Source: Chiloscyllium plagiosum
Taxonomy: Eukaryota
NCBI RefSeq assembly: GCF_004010195.1
Contig: NC_057719.1
Coordinates: 9,463,112-9,527,111, forward strand
Direction of reading: 5' to 3'
Length of the DNA: 64,000 nt
The position numbers and the translations under genes were made by a program. The notes below the pieces were generated by a model. That model did no database searches. It saw only the letters and a list, made by a program, of their open reading frames with translations, and had not been told where the DNA came from. The number at the start of each line of letters is the position of its first letter. Position 1 is the stretch's first letter. Of this stretch, positions 59,990-64,000 are shown piece after piece.

Positions 59990-60380
59990 AAGTTTTGAGG
60001 AGGCATATTCAATCCCAGCGCACTTGCTGAGGGAGTGCTACTTTGTTGGATGTGCTTGTTTTTCATTTTGAGGCATTAAACTGAGGACCTGCCTTCCTTT
60101 TCTCGGGGCTGTGAAAGATTTCGTTGCACCATTTGGAAGGACTGCAGGGTGACTCCCCTTCGCTGTGACTGCTGATATTGACCCTCTAACACCACACACA
60201 CACAAAAATAAAACCCAGATGGTCTTACCATTATTGCGTTTTGCTTGTGGGAGCTTGCTTTGCTCAAATTGGTGGCTGCACCTCCTACATTATAACAGCG
60301 ATTACTCGTCAAGAAATACTTCAATGGCCATAAGTGCCTTTCTGTACATTTCCATGTTACGAAAGGGACTGGACAAATGA
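59990..60380 (+). mobile_element. Old DeuSINE (SacSINE1-like) copy
   Basis: ctgagggagtgcta, ttaaactgagg, ttgtgggagcttgct...tcctacattataacag...aatacttcaatggc. Confidence 0.7.
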
Positions 60381-60549
60381 AGGTCGTTGGATTGCAGCTT
60401 TTTTCTGGGCCAGCATTTGCTGCCTGTCTCCTGTCTTTGAATTGAGTGGTTTGCGAGGAAGCCACGCTGAGTCACATCGTTGCTTGGGCTAGTTCTCCTG
60501 ATGAGGGTCCACAGTCACACTTCTTGCCAGACCACCTTGCTCTCCCTAC

Positions 60550-60888
60550 ATGGAGTAAGTCACAGCACGGAAACAGGTCCTTCGGTCCAACGCGTCCATG
60601 CCAACCAGATATCCTTAATTAATCCCATTTGGCTTTTGTCCCCTTTCTATTCAAATACCCATCCAGATGCCTTTTAAATGCTGTAATTGTACCAGCCTCC
60701 ACCACTTCCTCTGGCAGCTCATTCCACATATGCATCCACCCTCTGTGTGAAAAAGTTGCCCCTTAGGTCCCTTTTAAACTTTTTCCGTCTTGTGCCTTCT
60801 AGTTTTGGATTATTCTATTTACCCTTTGCATGTCCTTCATGGTTTCCCAAACCTCGATAAGGTCACCCCTCAGCTTTCAACACTCCAT
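60550..60888 (-). mobile_element. HER1-like CR1 3' fragment
   Basis: gggacctaaggggcaactttttcacacagag on the minus strand, plus tail. Confidence 0.85.
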
Positions 60889-61867
60889 TGAAGAAGATGG
60901 GGTTTTGAATGTCAAAAAAAGGCAGTTTCCTGGTTGCCACGGTAGCTTTTAATTCCACATTTTGTTTAAATCCCATTGGTTGCAGGGATGGCATTTAAAC
61001 CCCTTGCCTCAGTCAAAGCATTAATCTTTTAATAACCAGTGCCAAAGGCATAACCACTACACTACTATTTTTCCCTCCAATGCACCCTTGGAAACCTGGC
61101 ACCATTTGCAGATGGATTACTGATGTTCATTTGTGATCTTCTGTGAATGATAAAACATGGGCATGGAACCCAACTGTGCAACTGGCCTGTTGAACAAAGA
61201 GGGCTGAATATTTCTTCCCCAACCCCAGCACTCAAGAGCCTTTTATTTGATTCGAAATATGACCGTATTGAATGCCACAGTACCATCTTCTGTGCAAGAA
61301 AGCTATCTAATCAATGGGAAGAAAAATGCAGAAACAGCAAAAAATTAGGTCATAAACATAAAAAGAATGCATTCATTACATGGCTTGAATGAACATTCTC
61401 CAAGGTAATTGGCATTTGGGGCAATGAAAAGACTGATGATGAGTTAGGCACGGAGCAGCATTTAATCAGATGAATACTGGAAAATTCTGCACAGATTTCT
61501 CTTTCTGTGTTGTTTAAAAGTCACGATACTGCATCAAAGGAAAAAAAGCCCCTTAAGAAAACAGACAGGAAGTGCACAGCCCCATCCCTCATCATAAAAT
61601 CGTCATTTGTTTTCAATGGGTAAATTTATAACATTTGAGTCTTAATCAGTAGGACATACTTTGCTTTATTTTATTTTTGAACAGTTTGCATTGGGAATAT
61701 TGGCTTTCAAAAGCCCTCCATCTCCAAAATTGATGTGGACAGAGGCAAAGATTTACACTGTTAGAGAAGCAGAAAATAAATCCCTTCCTCCATACGTCTT
61801 TCAGAGTCTTTCTCCTACAAATTACCGTGAAAGGGGGTGAGACACATCTCTGCCCAAACTAGTGTCA

Positions 61868-61886
61868 CAGCACCATCTAGTGTCGC
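61868..61886 (-). promoter_or_regulatory. Candidate CTCF binding site
   Basis: Minus strand GCGACACTAGATGGTGCTG resembles the CTCF core CCAC(C/T)AG(A/G)(G/T)GGCGC. Lies in non-repeat DNA. Confidence 0.45.
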
Positions 61887-62009
61887 TACCCTATCTGAAA
61901 GGACTCAGCCAAATGTTTCCAAGATTTGGACCTGCACTTGGCTGTATGCTTCATTGATAAAATGCAGATAAAGTGCGGTTAGTGAGTACCTAACTTGATT
62001 GTTGCACAT

Positions 62010-62670
62010 TTAGAGTCACAGAGAAACACAGTCCGGAAACAGACCCTTCGGTCCAACTCGTCCATGCCGACCAGATATCCTAAACTAATCTAGTCTCATG
62101 CGTGGCACAGTGGTTAGCACTGCTGCCTCACAGCGCCAGAGACCTGGGTTCAATTCCTACCTCAGGCAACTGACTGTGTGGAGTTTGCACATTCTCCCTG
62201 TGTCTGTGTGGGTTTCCTCTCACAGTCCAAAAAATGTGTAGTTTATGTGAATTGGCTGTGCTAAATTGCTCGTAGTGTTAGGTGTAGGGAATGGGTCTGG
62301 TTGGGTTGTGCATTGGAGTGGACCTGTTGGGCCAAAAGGCGTGTTTCCACACTGTAAGTAATCTAATCTAATTTGCCAGCATTTGGCCCATATCCCTTGA
62401 AACCCTACCTATTCATATATCCATCCAGATACCTTTTAAATGTTGCAATTGTACCAGCCTCCACCACTTCCCGTGGAGGCTCATTCCATACATGCACCAC
62501 CATCTGTGTGAAAAAATTGCCCCTTAGCTCCCTTTTAAATATTTCCCCTCTCACCTTAAAGCTATGCCCTCTAGTTTTGAACTCCCTCACCCCAGGGAAA
62601 AGATCTTGGCAATTCATCCTATCCATGGCCCTCATGATTTTCTAAGCCTCCGACGCGCCAGGGAAAACAG
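62010..62670 (-). mobile_element. HER1-like CR1 3' fragment split by an HE1 SINE
   Basis: ORF 62405-62635: KTRGHSFKVRG..KRELRGNFFTQ. Confidence 0.9.
62100..62371 (+). mobile_element. HE1-type SINE
   Basis: gtggcacagtggttagcactgctgcctcacagcgccagagacc...gtaatctaatctaa. Confidence 0.93.
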
Positions 62671-62684
62671 GGTTTCTGTGATCC

Positions 62685-63405
62685 AGGACTGCAAGGGGAG
62701 ATAGTAATTGCTGGAAGAACTCCACAAATCTGTGGACAGAAAGCAGCGTTGATGCTTCAAGTCCAGTGGCCTTTCTTCAGAACTGATTGGAGCTGAGGAA
62801 AAGTGGTGTATACGCTGATGACAGGGGTTTGGAGGGGGGGGGAGTAAACCAATAGGTGGATGTGGAGCCCAGAGAGCAAGAGAAAGCAAGCCAGGGAAAA
62901 AGAAAAACTGAGAATGGGGACAATGAGTAGGTGGAAATCATAGAATCTCTACAATGTCAAAGCAGGCCATTCAGCCCATACCAGTCCTTGCAAGACCCTC
63001 CCACCAAGAGTCAACCCCCTACCCCTGCAACCCTATGCACTATGGGCAATTTAGCACAGCCAGTCCACCTAACCTGTACATTTTTGTACTGTGGGAGGAA
63101 ACCCACACAGGCACGGGGAGAATGTGCAAACTCCACACAGACCGTCGCCCGAGGCTGGAATTGAACCTGGGTCCCTGAAGCTGTGAGACAACACTGTCAA
63201 CCTGTGGCGTTGGTTATATTAAAAGTAGCCCATGTGGTGACAGAAACTAGGGGCATGGGGGTGGATAAAAGACATGAAATGCCCCAAACTTGATGTTGAG
63301 CCCTGAGGACTGCAGGGTCCCCAAGCAGGAGACATGCTATTGTTCTCCCAGCTTGCGCTGAGTCTTGTTGGAGCACTGCAGCAGATCCAAAACACAGAAA
63401 TGTCT
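62685..63405 (-). mobile_element. Degenerate Penelope-like 3' fragment (GIY-YIG C-terminus and terminal repeat) split by an HE1 SINE
   Basis: Minus strand VLDLLQCSNKTQRKLGEQ*HVSCLGTLQSSGLNIKF. Degenerate CUGAAGA motif at about 62750-62783. Confidence 0.7.
62935..63210 (-). mobile_element. HE1-type SINE
   Basis: ggggagaatgtgcaaactccacacagac...ggaattgaacctgggtccctg. Confidence 0.88.
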
Positions 63406-63689
63406 AGAGAGCAGTGATTTTTTTTCTTCACTCTTCTTTCCAGTGGGGATAAGTCCCAGCTTTTGGTCCCCTGTGTATCTATGCAGCAAGGACAGTTTCG
63501 TGCATATAAGGAGTTTAGATCCTACTGCTTTCTGTCAGCAGCAACACCCAATTTTAACATAAATTCTTAGTCTCCTCAAATAAGATAGCTGCCCTCATGC
63601 ATGTTTTACTTTATCATTCACTTATTTCTCTTATTCCTACAGTTGTCAATACACTCTCAAGGATGCAATTTAGAGTTGGTAAGAGGTAA

Positions 63690-63895
63690 TCAGCCACAGG
63701 ACCACAGGCATCTCTCTGTTGACAATTGACAGTGTTTACATTGTGATCATTCAGCTTTTTTAAAATTCCAGATTATTATTAATTTCAAATTTCACTATCT
63801 GGCACGATGGGTTAAATTCCACCTTCTCGGAACATTAGCCTAGCATTCCAGATGACTAGTCCAGTGTCTTTACCATTTCGACATCACCTCCCCCA
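63690..63895 (-). mobile_element. Degenerate tRNA-derived SINE (LINE family 2 partner)
   Basis: ttccagatt...tcaaatttcactatctg...cattagcct...actagtccagtg. Confidence 0.55.
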
Positions 63896-64000
63896 TTCAA
63901 ATGATAGCACCTGTGCCAGCTTCCAAAGGTGACAGATATTTGCTTCCATCTCCCAACATCAAATATTTATCTATTTGCTTCTTTTTAGAAGATATGACAG

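Overview
This is repeat-rich eukaryotic DNA from a cartilaginous fish, most likely a shark, judged by the many HE1-type tRNA-derived SINEs and their CR1/HER1 partner LINEs. I cannot identify any host protein-coding gene, so the window looks intronic or intergenic. The recognisable ORFs are retroelement remnants or by-products of repeats. The retroelements include two CR1 families (one fairly young, with an RT domain), a second CR1/L2-superclade LINE with a partner SINE, L2 and Rex1 fragments, HE1 SINEs and DeuSINE-like SINEs. There is also a 28-bp minisatellite and two assembly gaps. The most striking signal is a dense population of Penelope-like element (PLE) derivatives. Three fragments still carry GIY-YIG endonuclease sequence. 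About 20 short (roughly 75-300 bp) terminal-repeat inserts from at least four families carry minimal type I hammerhead ribozyme motifs or remnants (CUGANGA...GAAA...NUH). Many of these inserts are fold-back palindromes flanked by 6-16 bp target-site duplications, and many are truncated at the 5' edge of the ribozyme. Non-TE oddities include a duplicated ~168-bp AT-rich block, a 117-bp tandem duplication, a CTCF-like site and two weak exon candidates. All family names and identity estimates come from recognition by eye, and TE boundaries are approximate.
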